DNA of 64,000 bases from an uncultured virus (IMG/VR IMGVR_UViG_3300042888_001691) (taxonomy: Duplodnaviria > Heunggongvirae > Uroviricota > Caudoviricetes), in IMG/VR virus record IMGVR_UViG_3300042888_001691. One strand, given 5' to 3'. Positions 9,589 to 19,126 of this stretch are shown here, piece by piece (within the stretch, counting starts at the first letter, position 1; every line of letters begins with the position of its first letter). The notes below the pieces were generated by a model. The model had not been told where the DNA came from. It did not search any database and saw only the letters and a program-made list of their open reading frames with translations. The position numbers and the translations under genes are program-made.

Positions 9589-9596
9589 TATTTATA
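9589..9596 (-). promoter_or_regulatory. T4-type late promoter TATAAATA (representative)
   Basis: Exact T4 late consensus here and at 8582-8589. Shorter TAAATA/TAAGTA cores precede genes at 2395, 7126, 8150, 9044, 11714, 18369, 24087, 40973, 42018, 54976, 55021(+), 59568, 61049 and 63626. Confidence 0.75.
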
Positions 9597-9600
9597 CCAG

Positions 9601-10713
9601 TTAGCCATTTTTTGCAAAATTAGCCGCAGAAAACACTTCACGATCTACTATTTTTACTAGCCCACTAGGTGTAGGAAACACAAATCCTTCGCCAGCTGGC
9701 TGATTGTTTACATATTCTTCAATTCCTTGTACTTGTGGTGCCAGTTGCTTGGCTAGACTTTGTTTAAATGCATAAATGCTGTTCCATATTGCTTTTAATC
9801 CAGTGTACCCAGGACTTTCTACAATCTTGCCGTTGGCATCTTGTGCAAACAGTGTACCAGTCTGGTCATCTCCAGCCAAGGCTTGATATTGTTTCTGGCT
9901 CACGTTTGCAGCCAACCAGTCTGGCAGTGCTTCTCTAGTTTGCCCTGTGATAAATTTATTAAAGTATGTTTTAATTCTGTCTCTGGCACTTTGCGGAACA
10001 GTACTTAGTAACTGGTCAACCGCAGCACCGTATTTCTGTAGTGCGGCATCTGCAGCACGTTCTTGTTGTACCGGGGTTTTTAGCGTAAATCTATTTCCTG
10101 CAGTTGGACTTATAATTGCAACACCACCCGGGACTGTGGCCAATCCTCGACCATTCCATTGCACAGGTGTTGCGCCAGGTTCGGAGTAATATTGATGTAC
10201 TACAACGCCACCTGCAGTCCCGGCTATTTGCTTACCTAACGGACTACCAACGGGGATACGATATTCTACCAGATTGGGCTTGAAAACAAACTTGCCTTGT
10301 ACTGGCTGCAATTGCCCAGCGTACAACAAATCGCCCCAGTAAAACCCCGGGCCTTGAACTGCTGCATTTAATCCTGGCCATATCGCCGCCAATAAGTCAT
10401 ACAAGCTACCACGTAGATTTCCTGATGCTTTGTTGGCATCATAGGTCTGCCAATCTTGAACGCTCTTGGCCATTGACCCAGCGTCCCACATGTACTTGTC
10501 CATTACAGCCAGCTGACCGTCTGTGTCTCGGCCAAATATCAATGCAGGCTTACCATCCCATTTAATGGTCAAGTTATTTGGATTTGCTATGACTGCTTTT
10601 AGTCCAGCAACTTGTTGTGCAGCAGCAGCACTTCCGTTGAATATTGCATCTTCGGGGTGCGGAGTTCGAGGATCTGCTGCCTCAGTTAACATGTTGATAA
10701 AATCTAGTATCAT
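9601..10713 (-). CDS. RNA/DNA-ligase-superfamily-like protein (DUF6267-like)
   Basis: Start revised to ATG 10713 (ATGA overlap). Motifs TIKWDG (KxDG), YWGDLL, GEGFVF and LVKIV match the order of ligase motifs I, III, IV and V. Confidence 0.65.
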   Translation of the reverse strand: MILDFINMLTEAADPRTPHPEDAIFNGSAAAAQQVAGLKAVIANPNNLTIKWDGKPALIFGRDTDGQLAVMDKYMWDAGSMAKSVQDWQTYDANKASGNLRGSLYDLLAAIWPGLNAAVQGPGFYWGDLLYAGQLQPVQGKFVFKPNLVEYRIPVGSPLGKQIAGTAGGVVVHQYYSEPGATPVQWNGRGLATVPGGVAIISPTAGNRFTLKTPVQQERAADAALQKYGAAVDQLLSTVPQSARDRIKTYFNKFITGQTREALPDWLAANVSQKQYQALAGDDQTGTLFAQDANGKIVESPGYTGLKAIWNSIYAFKQSLAKQLAPQVQGIEEYVNNQPAGEGFVFPTPSGLVKIVDREVFSAANFAKNG

Positions 10714-11456
10714 TGGGCAAATTTGTCTGAATATGTTCTGAACCATGCTGCGGTCCCTGGGGCAGGCGCAGATTCAGGCAATTCTATATTGCTTTTGGCC
10801 AGTGTTTCTCTAGCAGCAGCAATCAATTGATTGTAGTCCGGTCGTTTACTGACCACGTCAACGATATCATCGGCACTGTTAAGTTTTGCTACAGGGATGC
10901 CGGTTACCTTGCTCAGGGTAGCAGGGCTCTTGCCATTTTCTACAGTTGCGTTAGTGGCACGATCTACCAACCCATTCTTATAGCTCCATTTTAGAGCAGG
11001 ATTCAATGCATTCACAATGCTGGCTAGAATAACGTGTCTGCTCATACCAGTCAACTTGCTGCCTTCAGCAGCTCCGCTCATGCTAAATGCCTGCCAGACA
11101 GGTTCTCCAAACATCAAGTCAGATTGCACATATCCGTTGGCAGGATCACCTGCTATGGGAGTTAAAATATGTACACTGTCTCCAGATTTTTTAATAGAGC
11201 TTTTGTCAATTCCGTTAGTCAACAATGTCTGTATTAATACATCTTTGTCTATTTTACTGGCATCTACTGCTAGATCTAAATCTCCAGAACTGGACTTACG
11301 TCCAGTTGTGCCTAACCAAGCCTGCTCCGGAAAAGGCAATCCTGTAACAGATTCTACCCATTTAATTGTTGCTGGTACGTCTTCACGATTAATACGTTGT
11401 GTCAGTGACTCGCCGTCTTTGCTTTTAAAAACATTTCCACCTTCATTGACTATCAT
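10710..11456 (-). CDS. Pol-beta/PolX-superfamily nucleotidyltransferase-like protein
   Basis: Start revised to ATG 11456 after GGAG. LGTTGRKSSSGDLDLAV fits hG[GST]..DhDh; third acidic residue in VQSDLMF. Confidence 0.65.
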   Translation of the reverse strand: MIVNEGGNVFKSKDGESLTQRINREDVPATIKWVESVTGLPFPEQAWLGTTGRKSSSGDLDLAVDASKIDKDVLIQTLLTNGIDKSSIKKSGDSVHILTPIAGDPANGYVQSDLMFGEPVWQAFSMSGAAEGSKLTGMSRHVILASIVNALNPALKWSYKNGLVDRATNATVENGKSPATLSKVTGIPVAKLNSADDIVDVVSKRPDYNQLIAAARETLAKSNIELPESAPAPGTAAWFRTYSDKFAQ

Positions 11457-11694
11457 TTTTGAATCTCCTAACACCACGTGCAAATTTTGCTGGATCCTGC
11501 GCTCTAATACTGTTGAGTAGCCTACGCTCTAGCTCTGCTGCTTGCTCGGCATCGTAGTTTTCCTTGATATAATTGATCAAGTTTATAGCGCCTGATATCA
11601 CATGACTAGCACGACTTTCCACAAGATTTTCCCTGTCTTTGACCACAGGCATATGGGCTAATTCATCAAGTATGCTACGTGTTCGCTTCTGCAA
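11443..11694 (-). CDS. Hypothetical phage protein
   Basis: TTG start with GGAG RBS and TAAATA at 11714-11719. Confidence 0.7.
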   Translation of the reverse strand: MQKRTRSILDELAHMPVVKDRENLVESRASHVISGAINLINYIKENYDAEQAAELERRLLNSIRAQDPAKFARGVRRFKNDSQ

Positions 11695-11764
11695 GATTTA
11701 CTCCAATATCATTTATTTATTTGCATCTGCCCAAACAGCATGCAGGCTATACCAATGATATCTG

Positions 11765-12916
11765 TCACAGTACTCGTCTACCAGGAAAATAATCTTTGCG
11801 ATGTCCCGTCCTATCTAGATCTGTTGTCATGCAATGTATACCGTTGTCCCAAAAATTATGGTGTCTATTAGAAACTACATGTGGAGTTATTCTGTGTTGT
11901 TCTAGTATTTTAAAAATTTTTGCATCTTCTTCAGAACAAAGCAATGTATTTTCGTCAACCATTAATATATTCACACCAATTGTTGTTTCTTCAATGTTAC
12001 CAGTGCAGAAATCCATATAAGAGTTTACAAAATCTGTGAAATCATCGTTGTACTCTTCTCCAGGAACCCACCATCGACCTGCGTTTTTTTGTTTTAAATG
12101 ATTATATTCGTACTCTTTATGTTGCACTTGTCTACCTATTGGTACTACTTCCCATCCAGGGAACAACGTAGCAAAATTAATTTTATCTACATAATTGTTA
12201 TTGCATAATATTAATCCTTCTTTAACAGGACAAAACACCCCATCAAGATGACCATCTGTTTCTACAGCATGACATCGATAGTCAGGAAACTCCTGCTGCA
12301 TACACTCTAGTAATCTATTTTTGTCTTGTCCAGGCCATGTACCAAAATATAAATCTACTCCTACTTGACAACACATAGCAGAGTCAATGTTCTTGTTTAA
12401 TAAAATTTCATTTCCGTGTTGAGCCACTAAATCCACTATTGGTTTTAATGCTCCGTAATCAAATGTGTATACATCAAACAACGAATTGGTAAAATGTCTT
12501 TCAGAAAGATCTTTTTTTATGTATTTAGGTAAATCCTCAAATTCCTCTTGAGTTTGTGGGGGATCTTTTGGATAAAAAGGACCATGGATGTAGTTCCATT
12601 TTCTATTACGTGCAGGCTCCGGTGTATAAAACTTTTCACCTATCATACCAAAATGGTCTCTAGGCGATAATGGTGGTGATAATAGTTTATCACCTATCAA
12701 GGCATTGTCCTGAACTTTGGTACGCACAATATCAACATCATGTGATTGTAAAAACGCAATCAAAGCCTGATAATCTTCCTCGGTTTCCATGGAAATTTTT
12801 TCCATTACTGATCTGACATTTGTATTTTTTATAAATGAATAGAATTCTGGTGGGTAAGCACTGCCCACTGCACAGACATTTAATTTATCCCAGGTTTGAT
12901 ATACTGAATATGTCAT
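11765..12916 (-). CDS. Amidinotransferase (glycine/inosamine-phosphate amidinotransferase family)
   Basis: WDKLNVCAVGSAY start, PRD, GHLDG, GVNIL and C-terminal GIHCMT catalytic Cys motif. Confidence 0.85.
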   Translation of the reverse strand: MTYSVYQTWDKLNVCAVGSAYPPEFYSFIKNTNVRSVMEKISMETEEDYQALIAFLQSHDVDIVRTKVQDNALIGDKLLSPPLSPRDHFGMIGEKFYTPEPARNRKWNYIHGPFYPKDPPQTQEEFEDLPKYIKKDLSERHFTNSLFDVYTFDYGALKPIVDLVAQHGNEILLNKNIDSAMCCQVGVDLYFGTWPGQDKNRLLECMQQEFPDYRCHAVETDGHLDGVFCPVKEGLILCNNNYVDKINFATLFPGWEVVPIGRQVQHKEYEYNHLKQKNAGRWWVPGEEYNDDFTDFVNSYMDFCTGNIEETTIGVNILMVDENTLLCSEEDAKIFKILEQHRITPHVVSNRHHNFWDNGIHCMTTDLDRTGHRKDYFPGRRVL

Positions 12917-12917
12917 T

Positions 12918-13742
12918 TTATTCTCCTTCCTTTAATAGATGGCCAATTCCTTTGGGATAATCATCTCCGGGGATTTTGGCCACGTGTAACATCTTAGTTT
13001 TAATCAAATTATGCTCTTGGCACAAACTGTCATATTTTGCGCCATACACATCCCATACATAGTCTCTTGGTAAGTTATTCATCATGTATGCACCGCATGA
13101 TATAATTCCACTGTTGACATCACCGTAATAATGGTTAAACATAGTAATAGAATCCATGGTACGTTGTTTTGACCAACGCAATCCCACTCTGTTCCACTGC
13201 ATGTTATATTTGCTCATGCTCATTGCCAATGACTTTATGTTAGGATGCCCTACGTCAAAATCAATATCCCTTGCTGTGGTTAACCAAGCAAAGTCAATGT
13301 GTATATCAATGTTCTTTTCTTCGCATTCCTTTAACACGTCGTTCCATTCTGGACGAATATCTGCATATTTCCAGTTTGGTAAAGATACTATTAATGGCAT
13401 GTTTGGAGTAAGTTCGCCTGGATGTGTACCAAATTTTCCCATCATGGCATAATACCCGTAATCTTCAGGCAGAAGCTGAAAATTGTCCCATCCATATTTT
13501 AGCACAAACGATTCAATGTAATGAGTATTGCCCATGGTCACGTCAACACACGGAAACTGGTTCCACCCATGAAGATTTACCAGCTTGCTTGATTTAAACC
13601 ATGTGTTGGCTACGTTACTAAAGGCATCTTTGTCAACTATTTTCTGTGACTGTGCATACCAGTTTTGTTTAAGACTCATCATGTAAGCATCTGCCACAGG
13701 AATAAGTCGTTCGTTTAATTCTATACCGTTATATATAATCAA
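12918..13742 (-). CDS. PLP-dependent transferase-like protein (fold type I)
   Basis: Likely TTG start at 13742 after GGAGGAGG. IHIDFAW (D-x-A), SMSKY (PLP lysine) and NRVG motifs. Confidence 0.6.
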   Translation of the reverse strand: MIIYNGIELNERLIPVADAYMMSLKQNWYAQSQKIVDKDAFSNVANTWFKSSKLVNLHGWNQFPCVDVTMGNTHYIESFVLKYGWDNFQLLPEDYGYYAMMGKFGTHPGELTPNMPLIVSLPNWKYADIRPEWNDVLKECEEKNIDIHIDFAWLTTARDIDFDVGHPNIKSLAMSMSKYNMQWNRVGLRWSKQRTMDSITMFNHYYGDVNSGIISCGAYMMNNLPRDYVWDVYGAKYDSLCQEHNLIKTKMLHVAKIPGDDYPKGIGHLLKEGE

Positions 13743-14233
13743 TGTAGTCCTCCTCCCATCCATCTCATTATGTAAATATAAAACGGGCTTGTAAAATCCA
13801 AGTGCCACGTTCCATTATGACCAAATCTAGTTTCGCCTATTACCTCTTTGTTTAACTGATTGCCTGCTGCAATGTGCATTGATGCCCAAGGTTCAGGATA
13901 CTCCGGAACGTTAACACTGTAAGTCCAAATAATATTTCTTATATCTACTCCATCTATCTTGATTTTCTCAATGGTTAAGTACTGTTCTGATCGTGTCCCA
14001 TCAGGCTCAGTACGAATTTCGTCAACGGTCTTGCCTTGTCTGTCCAAAGTTAACCTGTGTGATTTATCAAAGTCACAGGTATGATTAAACTTTACAACTG
14101 TTGATCCTGCAGGAACTGGGCCATTAAAATATTCGCAACCATCAAGTGTGATGGTTGCCAACGGCGGCGTATTCCAGAATTCAGACAAAAGGTGTAGCTC
14201 AAAATTTATTGTTTCGCTGGTAGGTTGTGTCAT
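13739..14233 (-). CDS. Hypothetical protein
   Basis: 164-aa ORF with ATGA coupling to the helicase. Confidence 0.65.
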   Translation of the reverse strand: MTQPTSETINFELHLLSEFWNTPPLATITLDGCEYFNGPVPAGSTVVKFNHTCDFDKSHRLTLDRQGKTVDEIRTEPDGTRSEQYLTIEKIKIDGVDIRNIIWTYSVNVPEYPEPWASMHIAAGNQLNKEVIGETRFGHNGTWHLDFTSPFYIYIMRWMGGGLH

Positions 14234-15657
14234 TCTGATTTGTTCTTAATTCCAGCAAGCATTTGTTTTAGTTTAGCACTGTCAACGTTGCCTACTATTT
14301 TGCTTTCAATATTGAAACCTTCTCGCGGTTTGGCTGCAATCATGGGAGAAACAGTGCTTGTGCCCTTGATTTGATCCATGATGCCTCGACTGGTCTGATG
14401 ACCAAAGCCACCGTTTTCAGTTTGTGCATCTTCACCGGGGTCGGTGATTCGCAAGCTTTCCATATTAAATTCTAGATCCACTTTGGTTCCAACACCGCTG
14501 CTGCTACGTGTCTTCATCAATTGGATCTGGTACCGGCCTCGCTCTTTCATGGCGCGGCTGGTAAAAATACCAAACACATTATCTGCTGTGTTAATTTTAC
14601 TTATGCCGCCTGAAATATGACTGTGATCAAATTCAATTTCTTCTACTGCACTACGGTTCAATTGACTTGCAGTGATCATCAAGATATTGAATTCTTTGGC
14701 CAGGTTACGTAATTCTTCACTTACATACTTGTCCTTGACAAACAAGTCACTGGGGCTAACTTTGGCACTAACCGGCATGACCAAGTCCAAGTAATCAACC
14801 ATGATAAAATCAGACTTCATTCCAGTTTGTATTTCTAATTCTTTCAGGTATGCACGTATTTGATTCACATTGCTTTGTGCTGGCATGTACTTGATACGCA
14901 GTTTGCCCGACTTCTTTCCTGCCATGCGTATCTTCATTTCCAGTGTGTCTAGATCCTTGAATATTTCTTTGGTGCTGCAATTTGCCACCATGGCATCCAT
15001 ACGCATGGCAGTGAGCCCTTCGCTGAGTTCCAATGTTAAAAATACCCCATTAAGTCCGGCCTGCAACCAATTGATAGCGATATTCTGCATGAATAAACTT
15101 TTACCAGATCCTGATCCGCCGGCAAAGATGTTTAACTCACCCCTGTTCATTCCGCCAAACAGTCGTGCATCCATTGTGGGCCACCCTGTACTGACCTGCC
15201 CGTTGTTGCTCTTGATGGCCAACAGTCTAGCTCTAGGATCAGCAAAATAATCTGTGCCCATGTCTTTGGTTAGACTGATCTGTACTGCATCTTTAATCAG
15301 TTTCTCCACAGGATCGTATTCACCTTTTTCCAGCAAGTCTGCGGCTTTTAAAATAGCACGCTCTAATTCATTGCGTCTGCTAAAGCCTTCGAACTCTTCT
15401 AAAAACCAGTTGTAGTGTCCTTCAATCATGTCAGGTACCGGACGTAGCTCTACTCCAGTGGTGGCTCGAATCTGATCTCTGGTAGGTAATGTTTTATGAT
15501 CGTCGCTGTGCCGTTTAATAAACTCTGCCACTGCACGCAAGCTACGATCAAAATTTTCTGGATTGTAGATGTTCTGTACACGCACATAAGTTTCTGCGTC
15601 TTGCATCATCATCTCTAGAAATAATTTCTGTACTTCAGGATTATAATCTTTTGTCAT
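14230..15657 (-). CDS. Replicative DNA helicase (DnaB/T4 gp41 family)
   Basis: AGGSGSGKS Walker A, TLELSE, MVDYLD, ASQLNR, KTRSS. Confidence 0.95.
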   Translation of the reverse strand: MTKDYNPEVQKLFLEMMMQDAETYVRVQNIYNPENFDRSLRAVAEFIKRHSDDHKTLPTRDQIRATTGVELRPVPDMIEGHYNWFLEEFEGFSRRNELERAILKAADLLEKGEYDPVEKLIKDAVQISLTKDMGTDYFADPRARLLAIKSNNGQVSTGWPTMDARLFGGMNRGELNIFAGGSGSGKSLFMQNIAINWLQAGLNGVFLTLELSEGLTAMRMDAMVANCSTKEIFKDLDTLEMKIRMAGKKSGKLRIKYMPAQSNVNQIRAYLKELEIQTGMKSDFIMVDYLDLVMPVSAKVSPSDLFVKDKYVSEELRNLAKEFNILMITASQLNRSAVEEIEFDHSHISGGISKINTADNVFGIFTSRAMKERGRYQIQLMKTRSSSGVGTKVDLEFNMESLRITDPGEDAQTENGGFGHQTSRGIMDQIKGTSTVSPMIAAKPREGFNIESKIVGNVDSAKLKQMLAGIKNKSE

Positions 15658-16408
15658 TGTGATTATTTAAATAATTAATAATGTTAGTTGCATATAATTT
15701 ATGACTGCTAGGTCCCGGATGTTGATTATCGTTACCAACATCTACTTGTAATTCACTTAGTGATTCAAAAATGTTTACCCATTGGTTGTGTTGTAAACGG
15801 TTTATTTTATAATTTAACTCAATGAAAAATTTGTCCAATTCCTGGTCATCTCTGCCGTCAAATTCCAATATTTCTTTTGAGTATTTGCTGAGTTTTGTTG
15901 AATAGTCAGTGACCGTGGACATATCGTTAATTTCTTTAGTCCATGGTACTAACCCATTTATAAAAACTAATTGTGTTTTTTCTTTAGCAACAGATTCTAA
16001 TATTTTTGAATAATTTATTAATTCTAAAAGATTATGATAGTCGTGGTTTAATAGATGATATATATCTGTTACTTTTTGTAGATCTTTCTTTGAAAAAAAT
16101 AAATCTCTATATTTATAGTCGTCGACAATTGTATGTGACAAGCTTATTGTTGTATCCGGGCCCGGATATAGCCATAATCTATTCAATGAAGTCCATTGTA
16201 CAAATAATTTATCTGCGGTTGAATACAATAGTTGATTAAGCGCAGTTATAAAAATATTATAATTAGTGTTTCCCCGTAATGCCAGATTATTAGATTGTGT
16301 GTTGAAATGAGCAGCAACTAAATTTGTATAATTACCCGGATCATCTTTTTCGAACTCCAATCCTTCTCCGGTGGTAAACGAACACCCCACGAAGGTAAAT
16401 GTTGTCAT
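15641..16408 (-). CDS. SGNH/GDSL-like hydrolase or acyltransferase
   Basis: N-terminal FVGCSFT, NLA..G.TN and C-terminal DNQHP. Confidence 0.7.
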   Translation of the reverse strand: MTTFTFVGCSFTTGEGLEFEKDDPGNYTNLVAAHFNTQSNNLALRGNTNYNIFITALNQLLYSTADKLFVQWTSLNRLWLYPGPDTTISLSHTIVDDYKYRDLFFSKKDLQKVTDIYHLLNHDYHNLLELINYSKILESVAKEKTQLVFINGLVPWTKEINDMSTVTDYSTKLSKYSKEILEFDGRDDQELDKFFIELNYKINRLQHNQWVNIFESLSELQVDVGNDNQHPGPSSHKLYATNIINYLNNHNDKRL

Positions 16409-17427
16409 GCGTATCTCCTTTTCTTCTTTAGTTCAATCTTTAATCGGTTGGTTTCTCTGGTGTCAATTATTGATTTGAGCACGAACAACTTACCATACTT
16501 GACCACGGCTTCGTTGATGTCTTTGCAGGTTTCTAACCATACCGGAAAGCTCACAGACCATCCTAGCTCTATTGCACGATCAACTAATCTACGTCCTGTC
16601 AGATCTCTGTCAGGTACAACAACAACTTCACGTTGTAAACGATCAATTAGTTCTGCCTGTTGGTCGCTTATTTCTGCGCCACAGACTGCAACACCATCCA
16701 CGCTCATGGCATCAAATGGCCCTTCACATACCACAACAAACTGCCATGATGACTTTTGTGCATCCAAGTTAAACACAAAATCTGCAGGATGATTGCTCCA
16801 GTATTTGGGTTTAATTGAATCCACCACAGCTCTAGACGTATAACCAATCACTTGTTGTTTGTAATAAAACGGAACAACGATTCTACGATACAAATTGTAT
16901 GCAGGTTCTGGAGTCCAATAAAATTTGTATCGGTTTATGTCAATCTGTCTGCGATGCACATATTCAATTGTGGCCAACAACTCTGGCGGCACATGATTAT
17001 AGTCACCAGTGGCGTAAAATGAAGCCAGGTCCACAATGTTTCTGGCTTCAGCTGGCAAGGTCCTTGCCTCGAACCGGATCTCTTGCTCGGGTTCAGCAAT
17101 TGCTTCTGGGGCTACTAGGTCTTTTAAACGTACTGCATCAATAACCAATCTGCGTACAGTATTGTCATCTGCACCCAACCAAGACAAGAACTTACGAAAC
17201 TTGTACGTCAAGTGCCGACCTGGCTGATAGCTGGCTTTGAATTGACAATTGAAACAATGATAACTTACTTTGCCGTTATCCGTTTTGAGACCACCACGTG
17301 CTCTTGTGTCCGCACTTTCACCGTTATGCACACAGCAAGGTGCGTTAAATGATATCCAGCCATTCTGACCCGTTTTTTTACGGGCAGGTAGCAGTTGCAA
17401 AACACTTTGCTGAATAGAATCAATCAT
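16405..17427 (-). CDS. DNA primase (T4 gp61-like)
   Basis: Zn-binding PCC...HCFNC; TOPRIM CEGPFDA, PDRD; KDINEA. Confidence 0.93.
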   Translation of the reverse strand: MIDSIQQSVLQLLPARKKTGQNGWISFNAPCCVHNGESADTRARGGLKTDNGKVSYHCFNCQFKASYQPGRHLTYKFRKFLSWLGADDNTVRRLVIDAVRLKDLVAPEAIAEPEQEIRFEARTLPAEARNIVDLASFYATGDYNHVPPELLATIEYVHRRQIDINRYKFYWTPEPAYNLYRRIVVPFYYKQQVIGYTSRAVVDSIKPKYWSNHPADFVFNLDAQKSSWQFVVVCEGPFDAMSVDGVAVCGAEISDQQAELIDRLQREVVVVPDRDLTGRRLVDRAIELGWSVSFPVWLETCKDINEAVVKYGKLFVLKSIIDTRETNRLKIELKKKRRYA

Positions 17428-17433
17428 TGATGT

Positions 17434-17462
17434 ATTATAACTTACTAAACGGCAAAAGTCAA
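17434..17462 (-). promoter_or_regulatory. Sigma70-type early promoter for primase
   Basis: TTGACT-N17-TATAAT, with ATG 6 nt after the -10 box. Confidence 0.8.
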
Positions 17463-17475
17463 ACTTTTGTAATTG

Positions 17476-18276
17476 TCATAATCCAAATCTTGCTCTATCT
17501 GCTGTAAAATTTTGTGCAACTTGTCCTGCTGATAAAGCCACATTGTAAATACGTGCCACTGCAACACCACCATTTAAGAAATTAGATACCGTGGTTGGAT
17601 TGGTAGTATCATTTCGTGTGGCCATATGTATGCCTGCATTACCGCTTAACGGTGTTCCACCGGCACCTATCGTTACTTCTGTAGCAGCCAAAGCACCGTT
17701 TATATACAAATTCATTTTAGAAGTAGAATTATTAAATGTTCCGCAAATGTGCCACCAGCCAGTATTAAAATAAGTGTTGGCATTATTCGTGGAGTCAACT
17801 TTTGGACCTGCACCTGCCTTTAAATGGTAAAGTTGAAATTTATTGGCTGTTAATCGACCCATGCCTAACGCATAGTTAAAACGAGAATTTAATCTATCAG
17901 AAATTAAATCAAATACCGATGAACTGGTATTTACGCTATCAGGATTCCACCAGCCATCCACACTATAACTATTAATGTCGGGCAATGCACTAGTAGAGTA
18001 AGCCCATTGCAGTTTACTATTATCGAATTGTATGTAGCCACCGTTACCAGAATTATACGTTGGCGGATCAGTTTTAACTGGACTTGTACGACCACCATTG
18101 TACAAATCAAAAACTCTTCCACTAATTAAATCTGTCCACACCGTGCCACTACCTGGATAACTTGCCACATTACCTGCATCTAAATATAATTGTAATCCTG
18201 TGGTAACAACAGGAACAAAATTATCTGTAGTTATATTAATACCAGCACCAATTTGAATTCCGCCGCCTATGTCCAT
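17476..18276 (-). CDS. LamG/concanavalin A-like lectin domain protein (putative tail adhesin)
   Basis: Start revised to 18276 (MDIGGGIQIG). GLQLYLDAG..SYPGSG..WTDL, WWHICGTF, LYING, RIYNVALS...RFGL. Confidence 0.85.
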   Translation of the reverse strand: MDIGGGIQIGAGINITTDNFVPVVTTGLQLYLDAGNVASYPGSGTVWTDLISGRVFDLYNGGRTSPVKTDPPTYNSGNGGYIQFDNSKLQWAYSTSALPDINSYSVDGWWNPDSVNTSSSVFDLISDRLNSRFNYALGMGRLTANKFQLYHLKAGAGPKVDSTNNANTYFNTGWWHICGTFNNSTSKMNLYINGALAATEVTIGAGGTPLSGNAGIHMATRNDTTNPTTVSNFLNGGVAVARIYNVALSAGQVAQNFTADRARFGL

Positions 18277-18280
18277 AATG

Positions 18281-18364
18281 TTAATATCCAAATCTTGTTT
18301 TGTAAGCCGCATACTGAGCTTGTATCTGTGCCAGAGTCACCAACGCTGAGATAATATATAGCAT
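18281..18364 (-). pseudogene. 27-aa remnant ORF ending like a LamG protein
   Basis: MLYIISALVTLAQIQAQYAAYKTRFGY; its C-terminus parallels GQVAQNFTADRARFGL of the downstream LamG gene. Confidence 0.45.
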
Positions 18365-18382
18365 TGTGTACTTATGGCGTTA

Positions 18383-19126
18383 TTAAGGTACTAGCAACAG
18401 TTTGGTGAATCCTGCACCAATAGCCACTGTGTTAGAACCACCGTAAGGATTGGCCGCAGCTTCCGCGGTTAGTGCCGATGTAGGCACAGTAAAGTTGCCA
18501 GTATAAACTGCCAGTCCTTTTACCCAACGGAAGTTGGTGATATACCCCACAAAGGCAGCTAAAGTAGTTGCGGTATTCTCATTCCCGATAGTTAATTCAT
18601 CCACAATGTTTGTAATGTTGTTGGCGTCAGTGATTTGACTGCCCAACTGTGTGCCGTTCCTGTACACCTTGGTGATGCCGCTGGCACGAACTATAGCCCA
18701 GTGGGTCCAAACATTGGCTGTAGCTGCCGAGGATGAACTGTATCTAAAACTGTCGTTGGCCCAATAGTAAAATGTACCTGATTCTATACTGCTGCCAATG
18801 TCAATACTAGCAAAGTCGTCTACTGTAAATGCTCGTTGAAATCCCGACAGTGTAGTTTGATAGCTGAACCACTCTATGGTAAAATCTCCTGTGCCCACAG
18901 CCCAGTCTGCACTAGCAGGTGTATCAATAAACGAATTCACACTGCTAGTAAAACTATAACTGTTGCCACCACCTGCAAACGGACTCTGTGCCACAGTGGT
19001 AACAGCTGAACCTATTGTCAGTGCAGGGTTGGCGAAAGACGCCGGAGCCGATGGCACTACAATCCGACGACGAATTATCTTCTGTGCAGGTTGGTGAATA
19101 GCACTGAATCTACCCAGTTTACCCAT
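18383..19126 (-). CDS. LamG/concanavalin A-like domain protein (putative tail adhesin)
   Basis: Likely start MGKLGRF at 19126. GTGDFTIEW, WTHWAIVR, GYITNFRWVKGLAVYTGNFTVPT, TKLLL. Confidence 0.85.
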   Translation of the reverse strand: MGKLGRFSAIHQPAQKIIRRRIVVPSAPASFANPALTIGSAVTTVAQSPFAGGGNSYSFTSSVNSFIDTPASADWAVGTGDFTIEWFSYQTTLSGFQRAFTVDDFASIDIGSSIESGTFYYWANDSFRYSSSSAATANVWTHWAIVRASGITKVYRNGTQLGSQITDANNITNIVDELTIGNENTATTLAAFVGYITNFRWVKGLAVYTGNFTVPTSALTAEAAANPYGGSNTVAIGAGFTKLLLVP

